A DNA stretch of 64,000 bases from positions 987-64,986 of the IMG/VR virus record IMGVR_UViG_3300028840_005768, one strand, 5' to 3'. Under the pieces are notes generated by a model. That model saw only the letters and a list, made by a program, of their open reading frames with translations. It did not search any database and had not been told where the DNA came from. Positions 17,818 through 26,774 of this stretch are shown piece by piece; the stretch's first letter is position 1; each line of letters begins with the position of its first letter. This DNA is from a virus. The position numbers and the translations under genes were made by a program.

Positions 17818-18141
17818 TTACGCATTGCCGCTACTCCCTAGCTGGGTGAACACTTGAATCAGCCCATTCAGATGCATCATGCGTGTGCCGAACTTGTCGA
17901 TGAAGTCGTGAACCAGCCAGGGGTTCTCGCAGTCGTCCATTTCCTCCGCCGTGTCGGCGACCTCCTCCAGAAGGCTCTGCTGCATCTGGCCGAGGGCTTT
18001 GACCACGCCGGCACACCGCTTGGACAGTTGCGGGTTGGCCTTCTTCCATTGTTCCTGCTGCTGTCGCCCGATCATCTTCGCCAGCAGCTCATTCTGCTGT
18101 TCTAGCGCGGCAAGGATCGCTTTCAGAAGTGCTTCAGGCAT
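17818..18141 (-). CDS. helical protein resembling a Planctomycetota-conserved hypothetical
   Basis: WKKANPQL..FIDKFG.R..HLNGL.QV..QL; family recalled, not searched. Confidence 0.6.
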   Translation of the reverse strand: MPEALLKAILAALEQQNELLAKMIGRQQQEQWKKANPQLSKRCAGVVKALGQMQQSLLEEVADTAEEMDDCENPWLVHDFIDKFGTRMMHLNGLIQVFTQLGSSGNA

Positions 18142-18556
18142 CGGCTTGCCTTTCCAAGAACAGAATGAACCCATCCATCAGTTTGTCGGCGAAGCTGGCC
18201 GAGACGCCGCGCAGCCAGAGACTGATGAAAAGCGCGGCCGCCTTGCGGGCGATGGTCTCGGTTGTGTTGCCAACTAAGATACCACCGTGCTTCCAGCCGA
18301 AGCTCCAACCGCCGAGCCATTCGCCGAGCCATTCGACGGTGACCTCGTTCTCGTGCAACACTGCCTCGTAGTCCCAGGCGTCCGGCTTGCCGTCAACCCA
18401 GTCATCCAGGAGCGGCATGTGTTGTCGAGCGAATGCTTGTCCACGAGCGTTCTTCAGGTATTCTGGCAAGCGATGTTCCACTTCCCAGCAGTTGGTACAG
18501 CGCTTAGTTCCGGTGTAGATGGTTGATTGACCGCATATCTCGCACGGTACTCTCAT
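18134..18556 (-). CDS. hypothetical protein with N-terminal Zn finger
   Basis: CEICG..CTNC. Confidence 0.6.
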   Translation of the reverse strand: MRVPCEICGQSTIYTGTKRCTNCWEVEHRLPEYLKNARGQAFARQHMPLLDDWVDGKPDAWDYEAVLHENEVTVEWLGEWLGGWSFGWKHGGILVGNTTETIARKAAALFISLWLRGVSASFADKLMDGFILFLERQADA

Positions 18557-18801
18557 TTCCCCGCCCTCCGGCGTGCTTCATCCCGCTCACGGCGAGTCGC
18601 TTCCAGATCAAACATCAGGTACTTCATGTCAAGCCGCAGCTGGCTGAGCGCTTCCTGCACCAGATCCAGGATCCGCCGTCTTCGCCGAAGAGTTCCTACT
18701 AGACGTTCCATGACTGGCTCGAGATGTTGACGATGAACGAGGGGCAACTGTTGGATCAGTCTGTTGAGTTCCACTGCTTCTTGAGGTAGATCAGAAGTCA
18801 T
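18553..18801 (-). CDS. small coiled-coil protein resembling a Planctomycetota-conserved family
   Basis: RRRRILDLVQEALSQLRLDMKYLMFDLEATRRERD; recalled as near-invariant in planctomycete chromosomes. Confidence 0.7.
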   Translation of the reverse strand: MTSDLPQEAVELNRLIQQLPLVHRQHLEPVMERLVGTLRRRRRILDLVQEALSQLRLDMKYLMFDLEATRRERDEARRRAGK

Positions 18802-19018
18802 ACTCGTCCTCCTCCTCATCGTCCCAGTCGCCGTCCCAGTCGTCGTCCCAGTCGTCGCCCCAGTCGTCATCGAAGTCGTCATCGAAGACGTCATAGACTT
18901 CATCCAGGGGGTCAGTGTCCCAGTCGTCTTCCCAGTTGTCTTCCCAGTCGTCGTCATTAAGTTCAAATTCGAATTCATATTCGACTTCGAAATTGTCGTC
19001 GTCCCAATCGTTACTCAT
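18791..19018 (-). CDS. extremely acidic D/E/W-rich 75-aa protein (DNA-mimic candidate)
   Basis: ORF track; no K or R; (W)DDD repeats encoded by 12-bp units. Confidence 0.65.
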   Translation of the reverse strand: MSNDWDDDNFEVEYEFEFELNDDDWEDNWEDDWDTDPLDEVYDVFDDDFDDDWGDDWDDDWDGDWDDEEEDEYDF

Positions 19019-19335
19019 TTGAACACCTCCCTGGTCTTCGTGCGGATGACTCCAATTTGGATGCCGGCAACCGTCACCCTGTGCTCAGGCTTCTGGACGT
19101 CGTCGTCTCCAACCTGTGACAGGATTTCCATTGCAATGTGTAAACGCTCTTGCTGATGGCAACACATTTCGTGATCTTCTTCGTCACCGCCTTTGACGTT
19201 TTTCGCAAGCTGGTGTAGGTCTAGGTCTACTGCTTCAAGGAGATCGGCGACAGTTGGTTTGTTGAGGAACTGGCCAAACCAACTACCGCCGGCCCGTGCG
19301 GTGACTTGAACTTCGTACAGAGGGACTCGTTGCAT
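19015..19335 (-). CDS. hypothetical protein
   Basis: GGAG SD before MQRVPL. Confidence 0.6.
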   Translation of the reverse strand: MQRVPLYEVQVTARAGGSWFGQFLNKPTVADLLEAVDLDLHQLAKNVKGGDEEDHEMCCHQQERLHIAMEILSQVGDDDVQKPEHRVTVAGIQIGVIRTKTREVFK

Positions 19336-19358
19336 GGGTGATTTCTCCAAGAGATGAA

Positions 19359-19403
19359 TCGGGTAACATCTTAGAATCTCCGAAATGCCACCCGATCGGT
19401 TGG
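19359..19403 (-). promoter_or_regulatory. class-3 motif CCAACCG-N12-TTCGGAGATTCTAAGATGTTACCCGA (copy A)
   Basis: also at 30496-30531 and 54520-54564. Confidence 0.7.
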
Positions 19404-19475
19404 AGAAATCTGGAAGAAATCCAAAAAGAAACCCGCTCAAGGCGGGTGAATGGGCGGTTCGATTTGCCGTGATTG

Positions 19476-20108
19476 TTAGTATTTCACTTGTACCCTATCG
19501 CTTTGTCCGCGAGGCAGGTCCTCGCAGATGCGTCGATGCTGCTGAGGCCATCCCTTACTATAGTGTCGTGCGAGTTGTCGTTGAAGTTGCTTGATGGCGC
19601 GGCGCGCATGCCATTTTAGGGTACCTAGCGCAATCCCATGATTGGCCGCAATTTCAGCATACGAGTAACCACGATAAAAGTGCTCACGCACATAGAGTTG
19701 TTGTACATCAGAAAGAGTGGCAATTGCTGCTTGTATTTGGTTGGAGAGTTCATACAATTCAGGTGGGTTACCTCGAGTGGTGGGGTCTACAATCCCCCCA
19801 TTAATGCATAGTTTTTTTGCGTGGCCACCTCGCTTTTTCGCCGCTGTGTGATCATACCATTTCTTCACTTCCCGGGCGGCAATGCCAAGAAGCCAAGATT
19901 GTATAGGGCGCCGTTCTGGGTCGTACTTTGCCGGGGTTCTAGCCACAGCAAGCCAGAAGTTTTGCAAACAGTCATCAAGATCCTCACGGCAGACGTACCG
20001 TGCGAGGAACTTTCGAACGCAGCGATTGAACTGATCATGAAGTTGGCGAAAGGCTTCAGGATCTCCTGTCTCTTGGTATTGTTGCAGACTCTCAGCGCAG
20101 ACTGTCAT
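19476..20108 (-). CDS. ECF-type sigma-70 factor
   Basis: DPEAFRQL, DDCLQNFW..V, SWLLGIA (region 2); SYAEIAANHGIALGTLKWHARRA (region 4); GAGGT SD. Confidence 0.85.
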   Translation of the reverse strand: MTVCAESLQQYQETGDPEAFRQLHDQFNRCVRKFLARYVCREDLDDCLQNFWLAVARTPAKYDPERRPIQSWLLGIAAREVKKWYDHTAAKKRGGHAKKLCINGGIVDPTTRGNPPELYELSNQIQAAIATLSDVQQLYVREHFYRGYSYAEIAANHGIALGTLKWHARRAIKQLQRQLARHYSKGWPQQHRRICEDLPRGQSDRVQVKY

Positions 20109-20244
20109 TAGATGTACCTCGATGTAAGAAGTGATGAAGGAGAAGCGGTGAGAGGTGGTCAGGGAGGACCACTGTCGAATGGAATTGTGAATTCCAGATG
20201 AGCTGCCCGCACTGCCCGTACCATTTGATCCTGCCTCCATTACA

Positions 20245-20273
20245 AGCTTACATTACAAGCAACCGATTGTCCA
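20245..20273 (-). promoter_or_regulatory. sigma70-like promoter TGGACA-17-TAAGCT upstream of ECF sigma
   Basis: tgtcca 20268-73, agctta 20245-50; ATTACAAGC direct repeat. Confidence 0.55.
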
Positions 20274-20490
20274 GTTAAAATTGGTAAAATACCTATGTCC
20301 GATAACTGAGTTTGATTCGGACTTACTACGTGTGACTGATTTGGCTGTGTCGATTCTGCTTACAGCAACTCGCAGCGTTTCCACGCGAACACATTCGGGT
20401 ATCATAGTGAAATCTCAATTTCACTTGGCAATTGGTTGGTGGATTCTGGTCGAATTTGGAAGAACTCCGAAGGGCGGCATGGTATATTGG

Positions 20491-20758
20491 TTGTCACCGT
20501 TTGTCACCGTTGTCACCGTTTGTCACCTGAAAATTCGTCAAGAATAGGACCTATTTGACACAGATTTCCAGAGGAGCACTTGACGTAAGCCACTACTAGC
20601 CCTTACTTTTCAAGGACTTAGCGGGAATGAAGTAGTGCTAGGATGCCTGCTCGGGCAGCAACTCGTCTGTGGACTGCCGCTTCTTCTAAGCCCTGTTTCG
20701 GAAATGACTTACGTTGTGTGCTTTTCTTGGATTCACGTCTTTGTCACCCCCTTGTCTC
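20491..20758. mobile_element. attP-like region with integrase arm-type repeats TTGTCACC
   Basis: copies at 20491, 20501, 20510, 20520, 20741 and TTGTCTCC at 20751, flanking about 210 bp; immediately upstream of int. Confidence 0.7.
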
Positions 20759-20807
20759 CCCAAATAAGGTAAACTGGATAAGAAGGGTAATCTGAGAGGA
20801 GCATCCC

Positions 20808-21857
20808 ATGCGACAACCGAAACCCTACTGGAAAACCAGTCACCGATGCTGGTACGTGAAGATCGACGGGCGCCACCATCGGCTCGACCCGGACGAAAAG
20901 AAGGCTTGGGACCAGTATCACAAATTGATGGCTGGCCGCGTGGAGCTGACTGCAGATAATCGGGTCACGGATCTAATCAACCAGTTCCTTGACTGGTCGG
21001 AACGGAACCATGCCCCGGAGACCTACCGCTGGTATGAGACTTTCCTGCTTGGTTTCGGCAAATCACTGCTTCCCAGGTTGAAGCTCTCCAAACTCAAGCC
21101 GTTCCATCTCACCCGCTGGCTCGATGGCGCCTACCCGGCGGCGACCACCAGCCCGAGCACCCGGCACGGGGCAACCCGCGCGGTCCAAAGGGCTTTCAAC
21201 TGGGCCGAGGAGCAGGGGCTGACGGACCGTAACCCCCTCCGCAAGGTGAAGAAGCCTCGGCCCAACCGCCGGGAGAATTATCTCTGGCCCGAGCAGTACG
21301 AGCGGTTCCTGGGACTGATCAAGGACGAGCCCTTCCGGGACATCGTCGAGATCCTTCGGCATACCGGCTGCCGGCCGGAAGAGGCTCGCGTGCTGACCGC
21401 CGCCGAGTTCAACCGGCGGGATCGTTGCTGGGATCTGCCGGCCGGGTTCACAGCGAAAACCAAGAAGGCCCGAGCCGTCCCCCTGAACGACCGGGCCTTC
21501 GAGATTTGCACGAGAAAGGCGGAGAGGTTCCCTGAGGGGCCGATCTTCCGCAATACCCGTGGTAATCCCTGGTGGAAGAATGCCTTGGTGGAGCGTTGTC
21601 GCCGGCTACGGGCCAAGGTCGATTTCTATATCTCGCCTTATACGATTCGCCACACGTTTGCCACCGATGCGATTATCCGCGGCGTCGACTTGATCACGAT
21701 CGCGGAGATCATGGGCCATGCGAGCCTGGAGATGCTCCAGAGGATTTACCAGCACGTCAGCCAGCGGTCGGACCACGTCCGTAAAGGCGTGGAGAAGGCG
21801 ACTGAGCACCTTACAGGCGGCGACCACGCAGCGGCTCCGTTGAAGATTGTTGGATGA
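20808..21857 (+). CDS. int: phage integrase (tyrosine recombinase)
   Basis: TGCRPEE (R), AKTK, YTIRHTFAT (HxxR), IMGH..Y; N-terminal arm-binding WYVKIDG; GAGGAG SD. Confidence 0.92.
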   Translation: MRQPKPYWKTSHRCWYVKIDGRHHRLDPDEKKAWDQYHKLMAGRVELTADNRVTDLINQFLDWSERNHAPETYRWYETFLLGFGKSLLPRLKLSKLKPFHLTRWLDGAYPAATTSPSTRHGATRAVQRAFNWAEEQGLTDRNPLRKVKKPRPNRRENYLWPEQYERFLGLIKDEPFRDIVEILRHTGCRPEEARVLTAAEFNRRDRCWDLPAGFTAKTKKARAVPLNDRAFEICTRKAERFPEGPIFRNTRGNPWWKNALVERCRRLRAKVDFYISPYTIRHTFATDAIIRGVDLITIAEIMGHASLEMLQRIYQHVSQRSDHVRKGVEKATEHLTGGDHAAAPLKIVG

Positions 21858-22110
21858 GGCGGTCGACGTCTTTGGGATGGATGCGGATTTGACCGTCGAT
21901 GCGGGAGTGTACCAACTTGCCCGTACGACACAGTTCATAGATTTTTCGGTCGCTGACTTGCAGGCGACGGGCGACTTCCATCACGTCGAGGAGCTGGTGC
22001 GCCTGGTGCCGATTTTGGAGCATGGCGTGGGTGAGACAGAGGTTGGAGGCGGCGATCGGGTCGCCGGTCTCCCGGTGAAAACGCCGATAGAGTTCGAGGG
22101 TACTTTGCAT
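21811..22110 (-). CDS. xis: excisionase-like HTH protein
   Basis: LLDVMEVARRLQVSDRKIYEL..GKL...RIDGQIRI...DV; convergent with and overlapping int. Confidence 0.8.
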   Translation of the reverse strand: MQSTLELYRRFHRETGDPIAASNLCLTHAMLQNRHQAHQLLDVMEVARRLQVSDRKIYELCRTGKLVHSRIDGQIRIHPKDVDRLIQQSSTEPLRGRRL

Positions 22111-22122
22111 AAGGGGTTTCTG

Positions 22123-22497
22123 ATGTTGGATCGTGTGATTCCGTTGCCCGTGGTGGTCGTGGTTGTTCTTCTTCTGGTCGGTGGCACCGTGGCCTGGATG
22201 GCTTGGCCCCAGTCTGCGCCTGCCACTGCCCGCAAGGACAGTTGGCAGGTTCATGAAAGGGCGGAATGGGGAGAGAAGGAACTCCTCTTTGTCAGCTACA
22301 CAGAAGACGGCGCAACACGGTATGGTGTCGATCTTGCTGAGAATGGAGTCATCAAGTGCGCGGCCGACCTTGATGAAGTGCGGCAGAGCGACAAGTTCTT
22401 GGCGGCAATGGCCGAGGGGTGGATCGAAATGGGACCCGCTTTCTTTCCTTCTGTGCCGGAGGATGAGTTCGAGTTCACGCCGATTCTTGATGAGTGA
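22123..22497 (+). CDS. N-terminally membrane-anchored acidic protein
   Basis: part of ORF 21847..22497; TM IPLPVVVVVLLLVGGTVAWMAW. Confidence 0.5.
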   Translation: MLDRVIPLPVVVVVVLLLVGGTVAWMAWPQSAPATARKDSWQVHERAEWGEKELLFVSYTEDGATRYGVDLAENGVIKCAADLDEVRQSDKFLAAMAEGWIEMGPAFFPSVPEDEFEFTPILDE

Positions 22498-22729
22498 CTA
22501 CCTCTTCGCCTTGATTCGCTCGGTGTTTTGCGAGCCGCTGAGTACATGCTTTGCAGTCGTTACGCAGCCCACCAGGATGATCTTCTGCTAATGGTTCGCC
22601 GAGAAACATCCACCTCCCACAAAGGGATCGACCATTGATGAAATAGTGCGATTTGGCGGCGTTATCGGGCCACGCCCAGCCCCGTTTCTGTGTCATATGT
22701 TTACTCCCAGATAGCGAAGTGTTGGACAT
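22475..22729 (-). CDS. small Cys/His protein
   Basis: KSHYF..SLCGRW..CKAC. Confidence 0.6.
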   Translation of the reverse strand: MSNTSLSGSKHMTQKRGWAWPDNAAKSHYFINGRSLCGRWMFLGEPLAEDHPGGLRNDCKACTQRLAKHRANQGEEVVTHQESA

Positions 22730-22977
22730 TGTCGAGGGATGACAAACGCCTCAAAGCGTTTGCCGAGTCCGGCTAACGGTCGCTGTCTCAATGCTTCACT
22801 GAACGAAGTGTTGTCGAATCCAAGGGGCACGGCTTCCCCGCCGTAGCAGGCATGAAGCCAATCCTTGCAATAATGCCCGTAGCTGCGGCCACACGTACAT
22901 CGAGTGGTCTCTCGTTGCAGCTTGCGGATGTCTTCACAATGCGGGCAGAAGATCAGTTTCATCGAAACACTTCTCAC
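22693..22977 (-). CDS. small zinc-binding protein
   Basis: MKLIFCPHC..CTCG. Confidence 0.6.
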   Translation of the reverse strand: MRSVSMKLIFCPHCEDIRKLQRETTRCTCGRSYGHYCKDWLHACYGGEAVPLGFDNTSFSEALRQRPLAGLGKRFEAFVIPRQCPTLRYLGVNI

Positions 22978-23152
22978 AGTAGGCTGCTGTCTTCATCGGT
23001 CGTACGCTAATGACCACGGCATATCGCACATTGGGACTCCCGCAGCCATGACACTTGCTTGGTGGTCGTGGCTTCTTGGGTTTGGTCGGCGGGGCCACAT
23101 AGCCGACGCCGGGGACCCACTTCTTTCCGCGATTGTGTCCTTCGAATCCCAT
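22934..23152 (-). CDS. small zinc-finger protein
   Basis: CHGCG..CEKC. Confidence 0.5.
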   Translation of the reverse strand: MGFEGHNRGKKWVPGVGYVAPPTKPKKPRPPSKCHGCGSPNVRYAVVISVRPMKTAAYCEKCFDETDLLPAL

Positions 23153-23159
23153 GGGTCGC

Positions 23160-24647
23160 TCAATGGGTTGCCGCCTGGAGTGCAGTGACTACTTCCAATT
23201 GCCAGTAGGGCACGGGATCGTTGCTGCGCACGAAGCGACGACCCCTATGGATTCGATTGCGGTAATGACGTAACCGATTACCTAATACACAGCTTCTTTC
23301 TCCATATCGAGCTGCCAGAATGGTTGCTAGCCTTGGATTTTCTCCGCGATCGGTTTTCTCGTTAATTGCTGCAATGACTTGAGCAACACGAGCTGGTTCA
23401 TTACCAACCAACTCTGACCAGGCTGCCATCATCTCGTCAAGTTCAGTGGTCTCATCATAACAGTGGGCTAAGTCATGCTTGAAGCTCATTGAAGGGCAGG
23501 AAGATAGAAGCCAGTTTCGGTCATCGAATTGTTCGTGCTGGTTCCGGTCATCGGGGCGTTCGTCAAGTCGCCGCCAGTAGAGGCCGCCTATGATATAGGC
23601 TGTGTCCAGTGTTTGGTAGAAGCGTGTGTAGGGCATGCCGAATGCCCGAGCAGCTGCTCTGATACTACTGAATCTTCTCTCAATTGGGCCGCCCCTTAGC
23701 CGCGACCCGCCAACGGCCACCTTGTTACCCTTAATCGTTGGCTGTTCTTGATTCTCAGATGGTTTCTCCGTCTCAGATGACTCTTCGGGTTGCTTGCTTT
23801 GTTTGGCGTCACGCCAGTAGAGTTTTTTACACAGATGCCCTGATTGAAGAGCCCAACGGATATTTGTATAACCGGCGAGGCGGGCCGCTTTGATACTGGG
23901 GAATCGTTTGACAATGCGGCCAGTGACTGGATCACAGCCTTCAACAGGTCGGGGTTGATTGGTCCAAGAAGTGGATTTGGTCACAACCGGTTTAGGTTGA
24001 TCGACTTGAGAAACCGGGTTGGTCACAATCGGTTTAGGTTGATCGACTTGAGAAACCGGGTTGGTGTCCACGTTACGCCAGCGGAATCCATAGTACTCTT
24101 TGTCGTTGGCAATAGCGTAAGAGACACTGGGATAACCAGCCCTTCTGGTGGCTGCTAGAGAGGGGAAGAATCTCACTACCTTGCCGGTCACAGGGTCGCA
24201 AGCCTGAACGGCTCGGCCGCCGGAATACGCCCTAGGTTGAGGAGAGGTGGCAGGTTGGGACTGTGATTTGCGTTGTGGTTTCCGTTTGGGTTTTGACACA
24301 GGTTTCCATGGTAGTCGCTCTTCTTCAGGCATGCTCTGCCAGAGGGCAATAGCCTCATGGTGAGTGTCTCGATTGAGCACGCGACCCTTCAAGTAGATGG
24401 CATAGGTACCGTCCGATTGGGTGCGAATATCGCGCTGCATCCTTCGTAACTCAATTGTGCGAAGGGAGGCGGACAGCACGGCCGCCTCGGCTTCCTTGTC
24501 GACTTGCGTATCATTGGGAGTCTCTTCCTCGACCTCTGCAGCATTCTTGCTCGGCCGGCGTCTTCGACCTTGAATCAGGGCACAGAGACTCAACAACACA
24601 GCGATAGAGGTTAGAGCGACGAGAACCCAGATAGGTGGCAGCATCAT
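23160..24647 (-). CDS. protein with N-terminal TM helix and NUMOD1-like DNA-binding repeats
   Basis: CDPVTG.VV..FPS..A.RRAGY twice, RRFSSIRAAARAFG; TM at residues 4-25. Confidence 0.65.
   Translation of the reverse strand: MMLPPIWVLVALTSIAVLLSLCALIQGRRRRPSKNAAEVEEETPNDTQVDKEAEAAVLSASLRTIELRRMQRDIRTQSDGTYAIYLKGRVLNRDTHHEAIALWQSMPEEERLPWKPVSKPKRKPQRKSQSQPATSPQPRAYSGGRAVQACDPVTGKVVRFFPSLAATRRAGYPSVSYAIANDKEYYGFRWRNVDTNPVSQVDQPKPIVTNPVSQVDQPKPVVTKSTSWTNQPRPVEGCDPVTGRIVKRFPSIKAARLAGYTNIRWALQSGHLCKKLYWRDAKQSKQPEESSETEKPSENQEQPTIKGNKVAVGGSRLRGGPIERRFSSIRAAARAFGMPYTRFYQTLDTAYIIGGLYWRRLDERPDDRNQHEQFDDRNWLLSSCPSMSFKHDLAHCYDETTELDEMMAAWSELVGNEPARVAQVIAAINEKTDRGENPRLATILAARYGERSCVLGNRLRHYRNRIHRGRRFVRSNDPVPYWQLEVVTALQAATH
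23977..24065. repeat. 42-bp in-frame tandem duplication (TNPVSQVDQPKP[IV]V x2)
   Basis: direct reading. Confidence 0.9.
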
Positions 24648-24666
24648 TATTCTCAGAGTTGAAGTG

Positions 24667-24867
24667 TCAAATCACAGAAGTCAGAATCACGGAAGGTCGA
24701 CAAATGGACGCCATCGCCAATTGCACAGCGATGCTTCTTTCTGCTTTGCTAGGTAGTCGACAAGCTGGACAGTCGCACGCAAGGTGGCAGCCTCGCTTCT
24801 TGGCTTCTTCAACCTGTCGGTAGACCCATTCAACGGCGGGTCGTTCTTCCTTGGTGAGGACGCTCAT
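24667..24867 (-). CDS. hypothetical protein
   Basis: ORF track; GAGG SD. Confidence 0.45.
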   Translation of the reverse strand: MSVLTKEERPAVEWVYRQVEEAKKRGCHLACDCPACRLPSKAERSIAVQLAMASICRPSVILTSVI

Positions 24868-24926
24868 GCCTCTTCTCCGGGAAAATTGCTGGTCCTGTTA
24901 GCAGTTCAGTCATGTCTTATCCTGTG

Positions 24927-25391
24927 TTATTCTGCCATCAGTTCGTCATAGTCAAACTTTGATGCCAGTGCATCAGTAATCAGGATGTCACAACCATGAA
25001 AGCCTTCCAGCGTATTGTTGAAGACAACAATATGCGACTTCACAGTCGTTCGTTTTTCAACGAAAGCTCTCCCAAGGTCTGTTAGCCTCCAATAGCCGGA
25101 GTCTTTTGGCCGGGGTTCAATCAAACCCCAGCATTGGAGTTTGCAGAACTCACCACTGATACTGACACCAAAGTCCGCCCCTTCCTTCGCTTGTCGAATG
25201 TTGAACCATTCCAGTTGTGGTTGTTTCTGGAATTGCCGATAAAGGTAGATCAGGAACCGAGCCAAACCAGCATTGAGCTTGCGGCGATAGCGCCTCGCAT
25301 ATTGAGTGCAGCAAGGGCATGAGATTCCCTTGTCGAGGTTCGCTTCAAGAATTTCCCTTGCTTCTTCAAGAGTCATTGCGGCCATGGTCAT
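24927..25391 (-). CDS. hypothetical winged-helix-like protein
   Basis: CPCC..L..WGLIE..W.LTDLG.AFV. Confidence 0.6.
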   Translation of the reverse strand: MTMAAMTLEEAREILEANLDKGISCPCCTQYARRYRRKLNAGLARFLIYLYRQFQKQPQLEWFNIRQAKEGADFGVSISGEFCKLQCWGLIEPRPKDSGYWRLTDLGRAFVEKRTTVKSHIVVFNNTLEGFHGCDILITDALASKFDYDELMAE

Positions 25392-25705
25392 TGTCGGTCA
25401 ACCTTTCGAAACTGACGTTTTCCTCGAAGGAGGGTATGGGTGTGCGTGATCAGATCGGCAAGAGCCTGGTCGCGCTGTTGTTCGGTGGGGTACCATTTCC
25501 ACGAGACCCATCTCTTGAACCAGCGACTCCAATACTCGATCCCGAACGTCTTCTTCTTCTTCTTGGCCGCTCGTTTATGGTGCTTCGGAATCTCGTCACC
25601 AGTCACGGGGAGTTTCGGTTTTCTCATTGATTCCATCCCGCATGGAGGAGAGCTGCAGGGCATCCAGTAGGTGTTCGGAAAGTTCAGCCCAGGTATGGGC
25701 TTCAT
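25388..25705 (-). CDS. hypothetical basic protein
   Basis: ORF track. Confidence 0.5.
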   Translation of the reverse strand: MKPIPGLNFPNTYWMPCSSPPCGMESMRKPKLPVTGDEIPKHHKRAAKKKKKTFGIEYWSRWFKRWVSWKWYPTEQQRDQALADLITHTHTLLRGKRQFRKVDRQ

Positions 25706-25783
25706 GCTTGACTGTGAAGGCGCCCAGCAGCCGGCCTGATGCCTTCAAGCGGACAAGGTAGATGTAGTGGGCTCGAGCCATGG

Positions 25784-26005
25784 TTAAACCCAATCCAGTT
25801 GAATTTCGTCTTGTCCACCTGTGACATCCAGCCATTGAGCAACGACTTCACGGATGTCATCATCAGGCCAATCACGGGCGCCAGGATCGTCAATGAAATC
25901 AGATCCCTGGACAGTAAGGCCGGTAACCTGGTATGCCAGATCGAGACCATCATGTGTCACAGTCACACGAATCCAGTCGTAGGTGCCATCGGATGCTGTG
26001 ATCAT
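25784..26005 (-). CDS. hypothetical protein
   Basis: ORF track; ATGA overlap. Confidence 0.55.
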   Translation of the reverse strand: MITASDGTYDWIRVTVTHDGLDLAYQVTGLTVQGSDFIDDPGARDWPDDDIREVVAQWLDVTGGQDEIQLDWV

Positions 26006-26391
26006 GGAGAAAAGGCTCTCTCTTTTTTGACGGTGTCAATGACAACTTGTTGTATATTGCGAAATGCTTCTTCAGATAGGAGGTCGGCATCCGTTGCGTC
26101 AATCGTCCCGTTCTCTGGAGAAAAGCCAATGAGGTGTTTCTCCAGATGTTGACGAACTACTGTCGAGGACACCACGTTGATGAAAGCGGTTCCACAGTCA
26201 CTTACATTGAAGTCTGGAATCCTCTCTACATCCCATAGATGCCAGTCTTGAGGTGACAATTTCTGAATGCCCACCCCTGCCGGCCCGCAGCAGTCGTCAC
26301 AGCCTGGGTAGATCCCAAACAGCCATGCATTGCCGTCTTTGTCGATGATCTTCCGTTGCCAGGTGATGTCACAGCAGCCACATACTCCCAT
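26002..26391 (-). CDS. hypothetical protein
   Basis: ORF track. Confidence 0.55.
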   Translation of the reverse strand: MGVCGCCDITWQRKIIDKDGNAWLFGIYPGCDDCCGPAGVGIQKLSPQDWHLWDVERIPDFNVSDCGTAFINVVSSTVVRQHLEKHLIGFSPENGTIDATDADLLSEEAFRNIQQVVIDTVKKERAFSP

Positions 26392-26393
26392 TA

Positions 26394-26774
26394 CTACTGT
26401 TCCTCTCCTTGTTCCGCTTTCACGGCGTCCAGCCGCTTCTTCAATGCGTGAAGTCCTTTGATCTTCCTCACTTGCCCCTGCCGCAGCTCCTCCTCACCAC
26501 GCGAGACGATGATCTCCGCAAGCGTTGCACGCAGGGTCTCCTCCAGTTGTTGAAAGGCGGTGAGATCGTCATCAGGCACTTCCACGGCGGTCTCTTCCGC
26601 GGCGACCAGGGCATCGGCCACAACCACGTACTGTTGACTGACCTCGGTCAGGTGCAGTTGAAGCAACCTTTCGACGTCGGGGTCGTCAATGAGTATGGAG
26701 ATGATACCTCGAAGCTTCGCAAACTTGCGGGCTACGTCGACAATCGGGAGATCAGGTAATGCAACGATCTTCAT
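26394..26774 (-). CDS. hypothetical helical protein
   Basis: ORF track; GGAG SD. Confidence 0.6.
   Translation of the reverse strand: MKIVALPDLPIVDVARKFAKLRGIISILIDDPDVERLLQLHLTEVSQQYVVVADALVAAEETAVEVPDDDLTAFQQLEETLRATLAEIIVSRGEEELRQGQVRKIKGLHALKKRLDAVKAEQGEEQ

Noticed and set aside
20491-20527. TTGTCACC repeats as another pentamer guide tract
   Set aside because: Period is 9-10 with invariant sequence, there is no hairpin repeat, and position next to int fits arm sites.
20528-20740. tRNA-derived att core (CTTCTAAG resembles an Arg anticodon loop)
   Set aside because: No tRNA 3' half or T-arm follows; the core cannot be assigned.
24642-24670. Additional early promoter at TTGACA 24665-24670
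   Set aside because: No acceptable -10 hexamer at 16-18 nt spacing.
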